Assembly: GCF_964194155.1 (NCBI RefSeq)
Contig: NC_135887.1
Coordinates: forward strand, 128,960,001-129,024,000
DNA: 64,000 nucleotides
From: Cetorhinus maximus
Taxonomy: Eukaryota
Direction: 5' to 3'
In this document: in pieces, positions 36,181-50,270 of the stretch
Layout: each line of letters opens with the position of its first letter
How positions within the stretch are numbered: position 1 is the stretch's first letter
Program-made: the position numbers and the translations under genes
Notes under the pieces: generated by a model
The model's database searches: none
Seen by the model: the letters and a program-made list of their open reading frames with translations, nothing else
What the model was told of the DNA's origin: nothing

Positions 36181-36380
36181 TTTGTGGGGGGTGACTATGA
36201 TGGTTTAATAAATAAGGAAACGGAGTACAAAAGCAGTTATGTTAAACATGTATAAAACATGGGTTCAGCCTCAACTGCAGTATCACGTCTAGTTCTGGGC
36301 ACTATGCTTTAGGAAGGATGTGAAGGCATTAGAGAGAGTTCAGAAAAGATTTATGAGAATGGTTCTAGTGATGAGGAATT
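35294..36380. repeat. ~310-bp direct duplication (35294-35603 and 36060-36380)
   Basis: CAGGAGGGCCAATCCCGGTTCTCTGCC...TTTATGAGAATGGTTC.AGTGATGAGGAATT present twice and nearly identical. Confidence 0.88.
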
Positions 36381-37375
36381 CCAGTGCGTAGATAAATTGG
36401 AGAAACTGTGACTGTTCTCCTTGGAGAAGAGAAGATTGAGAGGAGATTTGATAGCGTGATTCGAAATCATAAGGGGTCTGGACAGGGTAGAAAGGCAGAA
36501 ACTTGTTCCCATTGGTGGAAAAATCAAGAACCAGATTTAAGATAATTAAATTTAAGGTAATTGGCAAAAGAAGCAATGTCAACATGAAAAGCTTTTTAAC
36601 ATAACAAGTGGTTAAGATCTGGAATGTGTTGCCTCAGAGTGTGACGGAGGCAGGTTCAATCGAGGCATTCAGAAGGGAATTGGATCATTCATTATCTGAA
36701 AAGGAAAAATGTGTAGTGCTGAAGGGAAAAGGTAGGGCAGTGCCAATAGGTGAATTTCTTCTGCAGAGGGCCAGCACAGATACAGTAGGCTGAATGGTCT
36801 CCTGTGCTGTGTTAGGGACAGGAGAGGTTTTAATTTAAACAGCCTTGATTTCTCCTCTCACCACACGTCCATAAACAGAATGGTACAGCAAGGCAATATT
36901 ACTGGTTACACAAACTAGAGGATTCCATGTCACACGACTCCCACCTTTTCACAGTGTCTTTGACAAAAGGTGTGTATCCCCCATCTGGGTTTCCAAGATG
37001 GTTAAATGTTCCAACCATTAAGGCTTGAAGGTTGCGGGGTCCTTTGTCCCACCAGATGTATAGGCTCCAGTTGGCCAGGCCTGACTTATGGAATGCAGAT
37101 GGCCTTTTTATAGCTCTCTTTGAATTTGGTCTTTGCAGTACACAGGGGGGTTGTTAGGGCCCCTTCAGAGATAACGAAGTGTAAGTTTCTATGATACTGC
37201 CACGATAGCTTCTTTTGTTCGAAGGTCACAGGCAGACATAGCTTCAGCCATTTTAAAAGGGTCTTTGTCCAGTTTTTAAAATTTTAGAAATTAGCCATGA
37301 CGATATCTATATACATTTAATAAAGAAAAAAGAATGTGAGGTCTTAGTTCCCCGACAGCTGTAACCATTCTATGC
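36200..37375 (+). mobile_element. CR1 LINE 3' part, tail interrupted by an LTR-like insertion
   Basis: RKDVKALERVQKRFMR, LFSLEKRRLRGDLI, VVKIWNVLPQ; tail CCTGTGCTG|TAACCATTCTATG is split at 36810-37357. Confidence 0.82.
36810..37357. mobile_element. Solo LTR-like element (548 bp)
   Basis: TGTTAGGGA...TCCCCGACA termini; TSD GCTG (36806-36809, 37358-37361). Confidence 0.75.
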
Positions 37376-39886
37376 TTGGTGTGAGATGGCAATAAAATGA
37401 AGGTGAGTGTCAGTATTGGCTATTTAGATGAGAATGTGAGGAGGTGCCTCAAGACAGAAGAATGAGTGGAGCTGTGAAGTGTGTTGGTCTGAGGAGTGCT
37501 GTGTAGGAGAATTTTGTAGAATCACTAAAAGTGCAAGTGCAGGCAGATAAACCCATAAAAATCCAAAAGAAGTTTTGGGTGTAATAATTAAGAGGATAGA
37601 GTACTAGAGTAAACAAGTAATGATGAGTTTATACAATGCATTGGTTAAGCTGCAGTTAGGCTACTGTGCACAGTTCATATTAATGCTGTTGAGAATGTAC
37701 AACCTAAGTTCACTAGGTTGTTTGACTCTTTACAGAATTATTCTAAATTGATTGTTTTTCAGGGTTTGTTTATATATCCAGTATACAGCTTTTGAACTTT
37801 AATGCTTAGCCATGAGTTTTGATTTGGCATGCTTTCTAGATCTGGCATTCCCAAGATATTCCAACCTGCTGCCATCGGTGGTTGTTTTTCTCCTCAAAAC
37901 TTACTTGTGACATTTATGGCAATATCCATTTTCCCTGTCTTATTCTTTCTTATTTGAAAAAAATGCCCCTAAGCTACAATTCTGTGTTAACATAAAAAGA
38001 GAACATAATTTATATCAACCTAAAATTCTGTAGAATTTCTAGAAAATCTGAGACATTAAAAAGATCTTATCTTAGAAATGATGTGTTCAGTTTTTATGTG
38101 CAAAACTGTTATGATTTCTTCAGATGTCTGAACAGAACTCTTATCAGATATTGATGTTTGTTTTCTGAAAGTGGGTAAAAGAGCATGCGTCAAAGTTTGA
38201 AACTATACATTTAACTTAAGCTTGTGTCTATTCCAATAAACAGCAGAGGGGGTGAGGTAGAGCCTGCCATGTACACTCAGCTCTTCATTAATTAGTATGC
38301 ATCGCATTGAGTGAGCATAGGGTGCAAAATAATTGCTAATATTATAAGTAGAAATCTTCAGTGCTATTGATGTCTGCAGCAGAAATTAAACCAACTGGCT
38401 TTATGTGGAGTAGAGCAATGGATTGAGATTTTGAAACACAGCTGCACCTGGTATGAGAGGAAGGAAATGAGGAAGTGAGAGGTTGAGAAAGATTGAGCTA
38501 GGCAATATTTAAAGATTGTGCTTTTTATTTCCCACAATTTAATTTCCCAGCTCTTAAACATTGAAAGATTGAAGAATTTAGTACACAGCAGATACTTCAA
38601 AACAATATTGGAAAGCTACCCAATGGTAGATCTGGTTAAAGTAGTAAATAGCTGAACCACGTGGACTAGAATGTCCCAATGATCCCTTTGAGTTAGCTGA
38701 CCTCAGCCAGAATAGCAGCAGATGCACTTTAATTATTCAATCTCTGCACTCTGAAATAGTGGAAAGGAAAGTCATCCAACTGATTCCAAATTTGCATTTC
38801 TAAGCAAGTTGTATGGATTGCTTATTTGATAAATAATTACAGTGGACCGTCTATATAAATTCTTTGGATGCAATGACTTTCGCTATGGAATGGATTTATT
38901 TTTGTTGCCACAAAAGAGCAATTAAAAAGATCAGCAACAAGAGGCGTGATATTAACTTGGAGGTTGAGAAGGATTTAATGGCAGGACCTGATTACCATTT
39001 TTTGTCTCCATTTCCCAGCTGCAGCCAACCAGATTGAGAGGTATGTGGCAGATAGGCCTTCGAATCGCACGTTAACTGGGGAATGGAGAGGAGACAGTGT
39101 GAGGCTATGCGAAGATTGGGGAGGGAAACTGGAGTCTGGAGCCAGGGAAGATCAGGGAGGCCAAAGCAAGGGCAGAAAGATCACAGTTCCGTTGTGGGGA
39201 AGATCGGGAAAGACGTGGATTGGGAGTCTGGAGCTATCATTTATTGGAGAGGCCAGAGCAGAGAGTGATCAGGGTGTAGAACCAGGGAAAAGTGGGGAGG
39301 CCAAAGCAGGGAGTGATCTGAGTCAGGAGCCAGGTTACATTGGAGGCTGGAGCATGGGGTGATCAAGGCTTAAGACAGGTTGGAAGCCAGAGCAGAGGGT
39401 AATAAGGGGCCACAAGGAAGATTGGACCTAAGAGGCAAAGTCGGAGGCTAAAGCAAGGAGGAGATGGAAAGATTGGAGGAGGAAATTGGAAGTGGTAGGG
39501 ATGGGGGTTGCCCAAGTGCAGGGGAATTGGTGGAGTAGGTTTACTCCAATCAGTCTTCTGATAATGGGTTAGTTGCCCCTTTCCCCCTCTAAAACCTGAA
39601 GTGGACACGTTGGGGATGAAATTCAGATTTTTAACACTTTAGCACCCCACCGGTTTAAAATTCGACCCCTCCCCCTCTCTGTACAGCAAAGCCTTTTTAA
39701 ATTCTGGGTTCATTATAATCAGTAATTTGATTCATAATGACACTAAAACATGAATTATGGCTGCACAGAGGCATAACTCTGAAGTGAATAACAAAAATAA
39801 AAGATTTGGCAGTGATAGTTGATCAGTTATTAAATCCACCTCTATACTGCCTCGTTCAGATTCCCAAATCTCAAAAAGTATCTTAA

Positions 39887-40537
39887 AGGAAGAATTTTTG
39901 GGCCCCTGCTCGCTGATGCATAAAATGATGTGCGGTGACGTCAGGCGGGCTTCCCAACTTCATCGGGCGTCATTTAGATTTTCAGTTAAGTCGGCTGCTC
40001 ACCCACCGAATTGTTAAAGGCCTATTAAGGCCTGTTAAAAACTAATTCAATTAATAAAATGAGCTGCCCGTCCAACCTTAAGGTTGGTGGGCAGGCGATG
40101 AGCTCAGGTGGCCTTCACATTTTTCATGGGACCTCATCCACGGGGGTGGGGATGAGGTTTCATGAAGTGTTTAAAAATTCAATAAAAATTTTTAAAAAAA
40201 TTTATTGACATGTCCCAGCCCATGTGACACTGTCACATAAAGGGACATGTTTCTAAAGTTTGTAATTTCTTTACTTAAATGTTTAAACCATGAAATAATC
40301 TCCCTGAGGCACAGAGGTGCCTCAGGGAGATTTCTGTGTTCTTTTGCGCGCATGCGCGAAAGAGCTCAGGCCACGACTCAGGGAATCCCCCCTCTGCTTG
40401 CACAGGGAGTGCTCAGTGCTTCCAGGCGCATGTCACGCTGGGTGCCCCTTAATTGGCCCGCCCACGTAAAATGGCGGCGCGGACCTGATCGGCCTGCCCC
40501 CGCACAACCCCCCCCCAACGGGGGGAAAATTCTGCAC
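39887..40537. mobile_element. Harbinger-family MITE
   Basis: AGGAAGAATTTT...AAAATTCTGCAC; same internal palindromes as the other copies. TSD ambiguous (TAA/TTA). Confidence 0.85.
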
Positions 40538-40689
40538 TTAATTTAGGATGAGAGCCTCTCGTTCAACAGGACAGGCTGACCTCAAATTATTCTTAATATA
40601 AAAAGATGAAAAGAAATAAAATTGTCCTTGTTTCTATTTTAGTTCTAGGCTGCACAACATGGTACAACTGCAAACATCTGTATTGATGA

Positions 40690-41390
40690 TAGAATCATAA
40701 AATGGTTACAGCACAGAAGGAGACCATCTGGTCCAACGCATCCATGCTGAGTCTCTGCAAGAGCAACTCAGCCGGTCCAACTCCCTTGCCCTTTCCATAA
40801 GACCATAAGACATAGGAGCAGAAGTAGGCCATTCGGCCCATCGAGTCTGCTCCACCATTCAGTGAGATCATGGCCGATCTGATAATCCTCAACTCTACTT
40901 TCCTACTTTTCCCCATAATCCATGATTTCTTCACTGATTAAAAATCTGTCTGTCTCAGCCTTGAATAGACTTAATGACCCAGCCTCTGCAGCCCTCTGCG
41001 GTAAAGAATTCCACAAATTCACTACCCTCTGAGAAAAGAAATTACTCCTCATCTCGTTCTTAAATGGGTGACCCCTTACTCTGAGATTATGCCCTCTGGT
41101 GCTAGACTCTCCCACAAGGGGAAACAAACTCTCAGCATCTACCCTGTCAAGCCCCCTAAGAATCTTATATGTTTCAATAAGATTGCCTCTCAATCTTCTA
41201 AACTCCAATGAGTACAGGCCCAACCTACTCAACCTCTCCTCATAACAAAATCCCTCCATACCTGGGATCAACCTAGTGAACCTTCTCTGGACTGCCTCCT
41301 ATGCCAGCGTATCTTTCCTTAGATAAGGGGACCAAAACCTGTAGCCCTGTAAATCTTCTCTCTTCAGGTGCTTCTCCAATCCCTTTTGAG
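40690..41390 (-). mobile_element. CR1 3' end (~40797-41340) nested in an older CR1 tail
   Basis: YEERLSRLGLYSLEFRRLRGNLIETYKIL...FFSQRVVNLWNSLPQ; (CCATAAGA) tail repeats near 40796. Confidence 0.85.
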
Positions 41391-41649
41391 GTAGACTAGG
41401 CACTTTTTCCATGGCCAAAAGTGGCAGCTTTAGGCCCATTCATGAGTTTGTGCAATATGCAGCGAGCAATGATGTGATCAGGGTAGCTTTGATGCGTCCT
41501 ATTTCAGGATGCCTTTGAGGCGTCCTATTTCAGCATCAAGCGTGCACGCTGAGAAAATGGCTTGGGGCTTATGAGGTTGCCAATAAGGCCAATCTTATAG
41601 AGTGTGGAACTGTAGGAATCCCAATGCGTATATCGACCAGTGAAAGTAG

Positions 41650-43780
41650 GCTGGCAGTAGATGGTAATAGAGGACACGAATGGTGTTCGCCACTAACAGG
41701 ATGCTGCTGTCAAGCCAAAAAGACATTTTGGAAGAGTATGGTATCTCAAAGATTTGAGCAACAGCTAGTTCACACTGCTACTTTGTAGTAGCAACATGAG
41801 TGGGGTTTGCCACTAACAGGATGCTGCTGTCAAGCCAAAAAGACATTCTGCCTATCACACAAATGAATACTGTGATATATGAATTTCAGTGCCGGTGTGA
41901 TGCTAGTTATGTAGGCCTGTTACGATCCCAGCTGAGGTTACCCCTGGACAAGTGTGACCCCAGACCCAGAGTGGAACCCAGCTTGATAGATCCTAATTTT
42001 AATTTTTTTGTTTAGATATGTGGAGAGTAGCTACTGAACAGAGGCACAGGGGTCAGCTGATGAATTTTTAACAAAGGTATAAAACATTTATTTAATGAGA
42101 AAAGATGAACTATATTACAATACTCCTTCACCCACAACTATACCTTCACAGATGTATACAGATTTGTAAGGAGAACACAAGTTACAAAAACTATCTTCTA
42201 CTCTAATGTACACAGTAAGTACCCAGTTAATGTAAATCTATGGCACCCTGTGGTCAGACACACCATACTCTGAAATCAAGTGACAGATGCCACCTCAACC
42301 AGATGTTATGGATCTCTCCTCAACTCTCCCCAGATGCTTGTCACACAGTGAACCATCCAGTCTCACTGATTTCCGTCCTTCACCTGAAGGCTTCCAATCT
42401 CCACTCGCCAAGACCTCGTCTTGGAATCTTCTCCCAAACTGACGTATTCTCTCAAGGGTTCACCTCCAGGGTTTCAAACTCTCCTTCTGATATTCCTCTT
42501 CCCTGGGTCACCACATGCATTCAAGCTGTCTTCTACACACTCTGTCTCTTTGACTCAGCCATCAACAGTGCACCACATGCCGACAGCAAAGAGTTACAGA
42601 CCTTCAGTTATCTCTTTGGGCCTTCTTGTCTCTTGCAAGCTGTTCTTGCTTTAAATCTGCTTTCTGCAGCTTTTGTCCCTTTAAATTTGAAGCATGGAGC
42701 CTTTTCGTCTGCCCCTCACTCTTAATTTCACTTAACAGGACCTTTTCCCAGGTTTCTGTCCTTCCTTTGACTAGAAGGTCTTCTTTGGACTTCCACCTCT
42801 TCCACTCCCCTGGATTTTGGGGGTTTTTCTTTAGCCTGAGACTGGCTATCCGTCCCCTTTGCTCCAGTCTCTCCTGGCAGCAACTTTTAGAACCAACTGC
42901 ACTTAAACAGCTTCCAATACAACTGCTGTTTCTCTTCTTTTGTGTATGCTCCTGAGGGAGGGACCTGCCTCTCTGGGCTCCTGTTGCTAGGCAACAGTCC
43001 AATCCTTCTACCCTTGTATGTTTACCTTCTCTTTAGGGGTCATAAAACTCATCATTAGAAATGCAAGCACCTTTTTAAAGTGAAACTAAAACTCCATTTG
43101 ACCTTTCTTAACACACAGATACAGAAATACAAATCAAACTTAAACTTTAATGCTAAAATTCATTCCTAACACCCACAAATACAAATATAACTTAATTAAA
43201 CTATTTCCTAACAAGGCCGTACATTCCAAAGACTGGCGGATTGTATCAAGCAGCATGTCCCTTTGGCTGTTCACAAAAGGCAAGGTACTGACTGTAGCCA
43301 AACAGCCCATGCTTGCAAAACTCATAACACAGTTTCCAACATTAGATGTGATTCAGCGATTGAGTGTGCTAAGAATTACGCTGACAACCATGTTAAGATT
43401 ATCAGTTGAGCTTGCTGTGTGGCTCACTTGCACATGCTAGAAGCTACATATATTAATACACAGAGCCCTGTTCTTTGCAGGTAGAAGGAGCATGTACACA
43501 CATTGTGCCTGTTTCAACTGACAAAATAGACAACAGCCATTTTCTGGTTCATTCCCTAGGGTAATGCCTTGACCAGTCAGAATCAACCTGACTGGTTTGA
43601 ATTTAAACAAAACTTGGCAGTTAACTGTCAGTCGTCAGTTAACTGGTGCATTCTCCATGGCAATGCCTCTATCAATCAGAGTCCACTTGCCAACTAATCA
43701 GCAGTTCTCTTCTCATGAAGCATAAATTGTTGTTCCCTTTACATTTGGTTGGGATTCTGTTTTGTTTTACAAGAGTATTG
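41650..43780 (+). mobile_element. Penelope-like GIY-YIG remnant interrupted by a solo LTR
   Basis: FATNRMLLSSQKDILP...VIYEFQCRCDASYVG resumes after the LTR as RTFQRLADCIKQHVP; LEATYI motif near 43436. Confidence 0.78.
41918..43213 (-). mobile_element. Solo LTR (1296 bp)
   Basis: TGTTA...TAACA termini; 5-bp TSD AGGCC (41913-41917, 43214-43218); minus-strand AATAAA near 42087. Confidence 0.85.
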
Positions 43781-44004
43781 ATACATGTGCTAACAAATGT
43801 TGTACGTTGGTTGCTACAAACACCCAAGAGGTTATTTATTGCAATCTGCCTTAAGAACCCTCATCGATTTTCAGGTATTTATTCTTGTCCTTGGTCAGTG
43901 CCCCTTTCTGCCACTGTTTGAAACAACTTCAATTTTTCTCAGTGGTCACCATTGTTATGGACAGGGTTGGGAGAGAACTGAAACTCTTGTACCCTTTCCG
44001 TTAC

Positions 44005-45073
44005 TGTCCGTAATCAATGTGGTTTAGGAAAGGAAGGTGCGTATGTTTCTTAGCCCCTGGGATGTCAATTTAAACAACAGCAGCAAGCTTTTGTGGGTTT
44101 AAATAAAGATATTATTTATTCACGCATTTACCTGAAAGTCCAAATACTATGTCACTCGCACACACATGAGAAAGATACAGTTAAAGAGCATAGTGCACTT
44201 TTACAAAGTGGTAAACAAAATATTAGTTCATAGTTCATGTGTTTAGCTCATAATAGGAAAAACAGCTGTTTTAGGCCTGACAAAGGTGGCATTTTAACTC
44301 CAAAAGGGCACTTTAGGTGGTTTCAATAATTGTAGCCGTACATCAGGGATTATTGTTGGATTCCCTCTAACAGATGGATGTTCAGCAAATCACGAAGTTA
44401 GTCACTTATAGTTTCTTCTTACCAGATGATCAAGTTTCTTTACAGGTGGGCTTGGAATAAGAATCAGGCTGGGAGACATTTTAGATGTAACAGTCTCCAG
44501 GTTTAAAAAGGTGTGGGCCTACTGCCTTTTCTGCTGCTGATAACTCATAAGTGGTGGTCTGTGTAGACTGACTGACTAGTTTCTCTCTGGAATAATAAAG
44601 GACTTCATATTAGAAGCTAGTTTCAGACACATGATGGCAAGTTTCAGGGCCTTCCATTGCCCACATAATGGGTTGGAACCAGAGTGATTGATAGACCATC
44701 GGGAAATGATTAGTAACCCATTAACATACAGCTACGGTTAGCTCACTGGAAGACCTTACTTCATATTCTGTCCCCATGGATCCAACACGCCTGGCCGTCA
44801 TTGTTTGTTAGATCTCTTGCATTGAGCTTGTAAGGATGGTCCCTTTGCACCTGAGAAACCCGTTTGCATTTGAGAATTTTCCAGTGGCATTTTCAAACAT
44901 GAGTTAATCCTTTGTCTGTGCAGAAATTGCAAAAGTCAACTGACCATTGGCATTCCATCTTAATAGTCTTGTTAGTGTCCATTTTTAAAGAAAACTCAAT
45001 TCCAGAAAATTGTATACTGAGTGCAGTCAACATTTAAAGTGATGAATAGAACATGCCTTCACTGGGCATGACG
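44005..45073 (-). mobile_element. Possible degenerate solo LTR
   Basis: TGTCC...TGACG termini with imperfect flanks TTAC/CTAC; minus-strand AATAAA near 44115. Confidence 0.35.
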
Positions 45074-48000
45074 CTACAATGACCTTTTCCAGACCAAAGT
45101 TGTCCGAGGAACTGCAGACTGCAATAATCTGGGATACAATTACTGGGTTTTACAGTAAACTGCTCTAATAGCTTAATGTTTGGAGCCTTTGTTTCAGCAT
45201 ACTGATGGTCTACACCAAGACCTTAGTAGCTGGTTGTGTTTCCTTGTATCTCTGTCCAAGTCTAGTCTCTTAGGCCCAGAACCTCTGTGGAGTGGCAATC
45301 ACTGCCGGATTGCCACTCCACTCCTTTTTACTTACTCATGTCTGGAGCTTTACATTTCTTGCCTGGACTTCTGACCTGTGCAGCTTTTCTGTGCAGTGCA
45401 ACATTGTCAGAGATAGTGAAGCCATGCCCCTTTTTTAAGGGACTAGTTGCTGTAAACTGGGTAAGTTTAACAGTCTGAACCACTTTGACAGGAGAGAAGG
45501 TAAGTGGGTAGAATGGGTCGAGGGGGAGGAGGTTTTGAGGGGGGTGGATTTTGGGAAGGGGATTGTGTGGTCGGGGGTAGTTGGGGGGGATAGTTAGAGG
45601 TTTGGTCTGTGGGGTTGGGATGGGTTAGTATCATAGTTACCCAGGTATAAGAAGTGGTTTTAATCCTTCTAACTTTTCCTGGGTAATTATTCTGCTAAGA
45701 GAGTTGGAATAATTCAAAGTCTCCAATTTAAAACGGGTGACTCGGATGGCTCCAGTTGCAGGGTAATTGCCCAATGGAAATTTAACCTTCCCGGGCAATT
45801 CCTGTGTAGTCTTTATGTTAGGACTTCTGGGTGGAGTGGGAGTGGGGCCCCTCAGCACATCTTCTGTGGTACCTCCAGGGTATGATCCCCTGGGGAATGG
45901 AAGATCTGGGCCATAATGTGTGAGTCAGTATTACAGTGGATTATCTAGGTTCCCAAGCAACCACCTGTGAATAAAAGTAATGTAGACAAACAGTGCATGT
46001 AAAGTTTAAAGGAAGTGCTCAACCTGACACCCACTGACAAAGCTTCCCTGGCCTCAGATGTAGCTTCAGTGTAGCACAATTCTGTCATGGTCCCTGGCAA
46101 ACTGTTGTCTCAGTATACAGATCTCATTAGACGTACGCATGAATTTCTAGGCCTGTAAATGGATGTGGTGGTTTATAGTTAATTCTATGCTGAGTACCCA
46201 AGGTATAAATGCACCTATCTTGTGTGCCTTTATTGATGCTCCTCCTTTTCTTCCACAGACATAGAAATGTGCTGTGGAATACTAATTAGTGCTATGTATT
46301 AGTGCTAATTAGGCTTTGTACAATTCTAGTTCCCTTGCAAGATATGTGCAGATGGGAGAGGGGTGTGGTGTTAAGATTTGCATAACTTCAGTAGTACACA
46401 TAAGAACAAATCACTCATCAAAATATAGCTAATTCTTACAATAACCAAGTGGACCACTGACTGAAAAGACTCCATGGTTGACTTTGGCGATTACCATTTG
46501 GCTTTCAGTGGCTGCAGCGCTGTTCAGGTGCTGACACTGCATTATAATACAAATAACTAATTAATCTTTGGTCCCTTAATGAACTTACTGCAGGGTTGAT
46601 GCCCAGACTGTCAATATAGTACAAGTCATTTCTCATTATATTATACCGTGCTATGCACAACAGGTCTCTATATGCTGGATAGTACAGATCACCTGCACCT
46701 GGTGCACGTGAGCAGGACAGATACTGCGTATAGGCCAATTGTTTTCCTAAGTCTAAATGGATACATTCTCAACACTGATTCAAAGAGCAATAAGAAGACA
46801 ATTCCTAAGAACATCTTGCTTTCCCATCTTGTGGTCTGAATAAAACTAGGAGTAATTTTAAGAGTCTAAGCCTTATCTGTTGGCAGCATGGATTTAAGAA
46901 ATCAGCCCTTAAATGTCAATTTAGAGTATTTTATGTCCCATTGATTATTTCTCTATTTATTTTTGGCATGGAGACCTGAAGTGATTGAATAAACACATGC
47001 TGTCTATGCTTAATACTGAAGTGTAAAAGAGATTAGCTGTCTTTGTTTATATCTAAAGATGGTGCCTCATCAATTTCAGAGTTATTGGCCAATTACCTCT
47101 GGCTTGAAAAGTGTTTACATATGTCAAAGTACAATGGTGAGAAGGAGACTTGTTAATGATTGGACTCGAAATGTCAACTGTGCTCTTCTCTGTATTTCTG
47201 TTTCTGTACTTGTTAATGATTGTTGAGGAACAAGTTGATTGGAACACATCAAAAGTTTCAAAAGGTTCAAAAGTCTATCCGATATCTGATGTAAAAGAAA
47301 CTGTCATTTCATATTTTGTCTGCTCAGAAACGATAATTGATTAAAAGCTTGTTTGCCCTAAATGGTCAGAGAAGATCCTAAGCTTCTTCATAAAAACTTG
47401 ATTAGGGAGAAAAAAAATCTTCTGATCTGAACTGTGAGTAGCATCCTGCATTATGTATAATTATTGCAGCTTTTTTATTACTTAAACTCAATTAGCTCAA
47501 CTGCATTTCCAGCCAACTATTGGCAACCAAGCACTCTGTGAGACCGGAGAAAGATATGTAAAAACATCGCCAGAAAACTTAGTTTAAGGGAATTTGAACA
47601 AGGATTCTGAATATTTGCAAGACTTACTATTTTGGTTTTAAAAATGGCTTAATTGTCAGAGAAAATTAAGTATACTGTTTATAGTTTCCTAATTTAATTT
47701 GCTCTGTGTCTGTTATTTGCTTGTAATAAGCTGTATGTAACTTTAGCTTGAACTATGTAATCTGTCAGTGACTTGTTTAGTCATATATCAGAGAGGTAGT
47801 TTGGCTTGCTGTACATCCTTCCAATGTATAGTTCAGGAAAAAGGTAATTGTTAGTCCAGAAAAAAGGCTAACCCATTCATTTTACCTATGAGGTTTATGT
47901 TTCAGATCATAGGAGGCATAGGCTTGCACATAGAAATTGCTTTGTTGCCTTGAGCATAGCATCTTGGGAGAGGATCTAAATTGTAACATAATCACTTTTA

Positions 48001-49264
48001 TCATTATGAATGAGTTTCATTTTATGTAAGAATACAACCCGTAACTGATAGGAAAGCACATAGTCAAGAGAAAGCTGTTATGGGTAACGTATTTGGAATT
48101 CATGTTTGTTTATTAATTAATGATGTTATGGCTACATCTCTGATAAATTAAGCAATTCTACAATTACCAGGTTTCTATAATAACTTGAGGGGGTAAAAAA
48201 TGAAAGATTGTTTCCATTTATTTGTGAATTGTTAACAAGGGCCATAGAGATTATTGCTAGAATAAAGAGAAACATTAGAAGAACCATTTTTCACAGAGGT
48301 AATTAGAACATTGAATGCGTAAGTATTTTAAAAAGAATAGTAAAAGATTTGGGGAAGAAACAGCAATTGGAGTAGATCGCACCAGTTGAAGAATGAGTAC
48401 TGACACAGGGACAATAGGCTAAATGACCTTTCTGTGCTTTAATTTCTATGATTCAATTATCTTGTCTGGTTAACCAAAGGGCAGCATTGCTTCATTGGCT
48501 GCATCCATTAGGATGCCAATGACCATTTCTGCAGTCCTGACACAGTCATCATTGGCCCAGTCTTCTCAGGTTACAGCAGGCCTGCCCCATCTGCTTCAAG
48601 GACGCACTGCGTTTACCATATATTATAAGGTTGGCACATGGAAGAACAGTAACGATCAGCTATGGCATGAAAATTGACTGCACCTCCTTGTTGGCATTCT
48701 GCAATGTTGATCTTTTTATTCGTACCATGGACTTGCACAGAGAAACCCTAAGCACTTTATGCAGCATCTCCTCAATCTCAGCCACCATCAAACCAGTGAT
48801 CATCTGTTGGCAGATCCATCATTTGCAGACTCATGCCTGCATTTGTGACTCCTTTTCCCTTTGTTTTTGCCTGCCACTTCCTAATCCCCAGCCTCTTCAG
48901 GCAAAATGAAACGTGCTTACAGATTGAGATGCCTTTTGCATCTTCAAAAGGCTTTTAGAATTTTCTGCTCCTATTGTGATGCACTATTAGTTGCAAATCT
49001 TTAAATATCAATGTTCTCCCAGCATTGGTGCACTCGATAAAATTTGAAATATAAAAATCCTGTGAATAACTATTCATATATTTTACTTTTATTCATATAT
49101 AGTTATGCTAGGGTAGTTAGTGCTAGTAAACTTGACCTTTCAAGCTAGGTTCAAGCACCATTCCCAAACCTTTTAGAACTGACTTATATATGCAGAAGAA
49201 AGTAAGCCACTTTAACTTTACTGTTTGGCACCTTTAAATAGAACCATTATCTGATAATAAGACC

Positions 49265-50270
49265 ACCAACATACTCTGATTGGCAGGATGTGACAAATGG
49301 TATTCTTCAGGCAGCTGTCCTGGTGGTCAACTTTTTACCATATTTAAATCGTTAATAACTAGGAGGAAAGAATAGAAAGTTGTATATCCAAATTTGCTGA
49401 TGAAACTAAGTTAGGAGGCATAGTAAGTAGTACAGATGGAAGCGGAAAGTTTCGAAGGGACAGAGATACACAAATCACAAATCTAAGGCGTTTAGAGTTT
49501 GATGTGGGCAGTTATGAGGTCATGCACTTTGGATTTGAGAAAGGCAAATCAGAATATTTTCTTAATGATGAGGAACAAGGAGCTGTGAAGCAGCTAAGAG
49601 ATTTAAGAATTCATGTACACAAATCATTAAAAGCTAGTGCACAGGTACAAATATTAATCATAAAGGTTAATAGGATGTTGGACATTATCTCAAGGTGTTA
49701 TAATTCAAAAGTGAGGTAGTCATGCTTCAGTAGTAGAGAGCCTTGACTGTGCCCTGTCTGAGTACTGTATTCAATTTTGAACGCAAACCTCAGGAAGAAT
49801 ATATTAAGGAGTACAGAGCAGGTTTACCAGATTGATAACAGAGCATAATGGGTTAAATTATGAGGTTGCATAAACTTGGCTTGTATTCCTGTCAGATTAT
49901 AAAATTCATGGGTGATCTAATCATTGTGTTTCAAATGATAAAGAAATTCAACAGGGTAGATACAAAGAGACTCTTATCTCTGGTGGGGGAATTGAGGTCA
50001 AAGGGACATCATCTCAAAATTAAAACTAGGCCACGCAACAGAGAAATCAGGAAGCACTTTTCCACACAATGGATAGTAGAAATCTGGAACTCTCCTTCCC
50101 AAAAGTTTGTGGATGCTTTGATATCTGGAGATGGTTAGATTTTTGTTGGGTAAGGGTATCAGAGATATGAAGCAAGGGTGAGTAAATGGAATGGAGCTAT
50201 GATCTGATTGAATAGAGGAGCAAACTGGAAGGGCTGAATGGCCTATCCTATTGCTATGTTCTTATGACTC
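49265..50270 (+). mobile_element. Decayed CR1 LINE 3' part
   Basis: SKFADETKLGG, EVMHFG, KLGLYS...GDLI.VFQMIK, KGHHLKI, VEIWNSP; tail CTATGTTCTTATG. Confidence 0.82.

Noticed and set aside
38240-38258. CTCF-like motif CAGCAGAGGGGG
   Set aside because: Partial match only; not supportable without scoring or ChIP data.
41688-41850. ~40-bp direct repeat
   Set aside because: Small rearrangement within a dead Penelope remnant; no evidence of function.
42240-43002. ORFs of 109-161 aa
   Set aside because: Lie inside a solo LTR; no gag, pol or env motifs.
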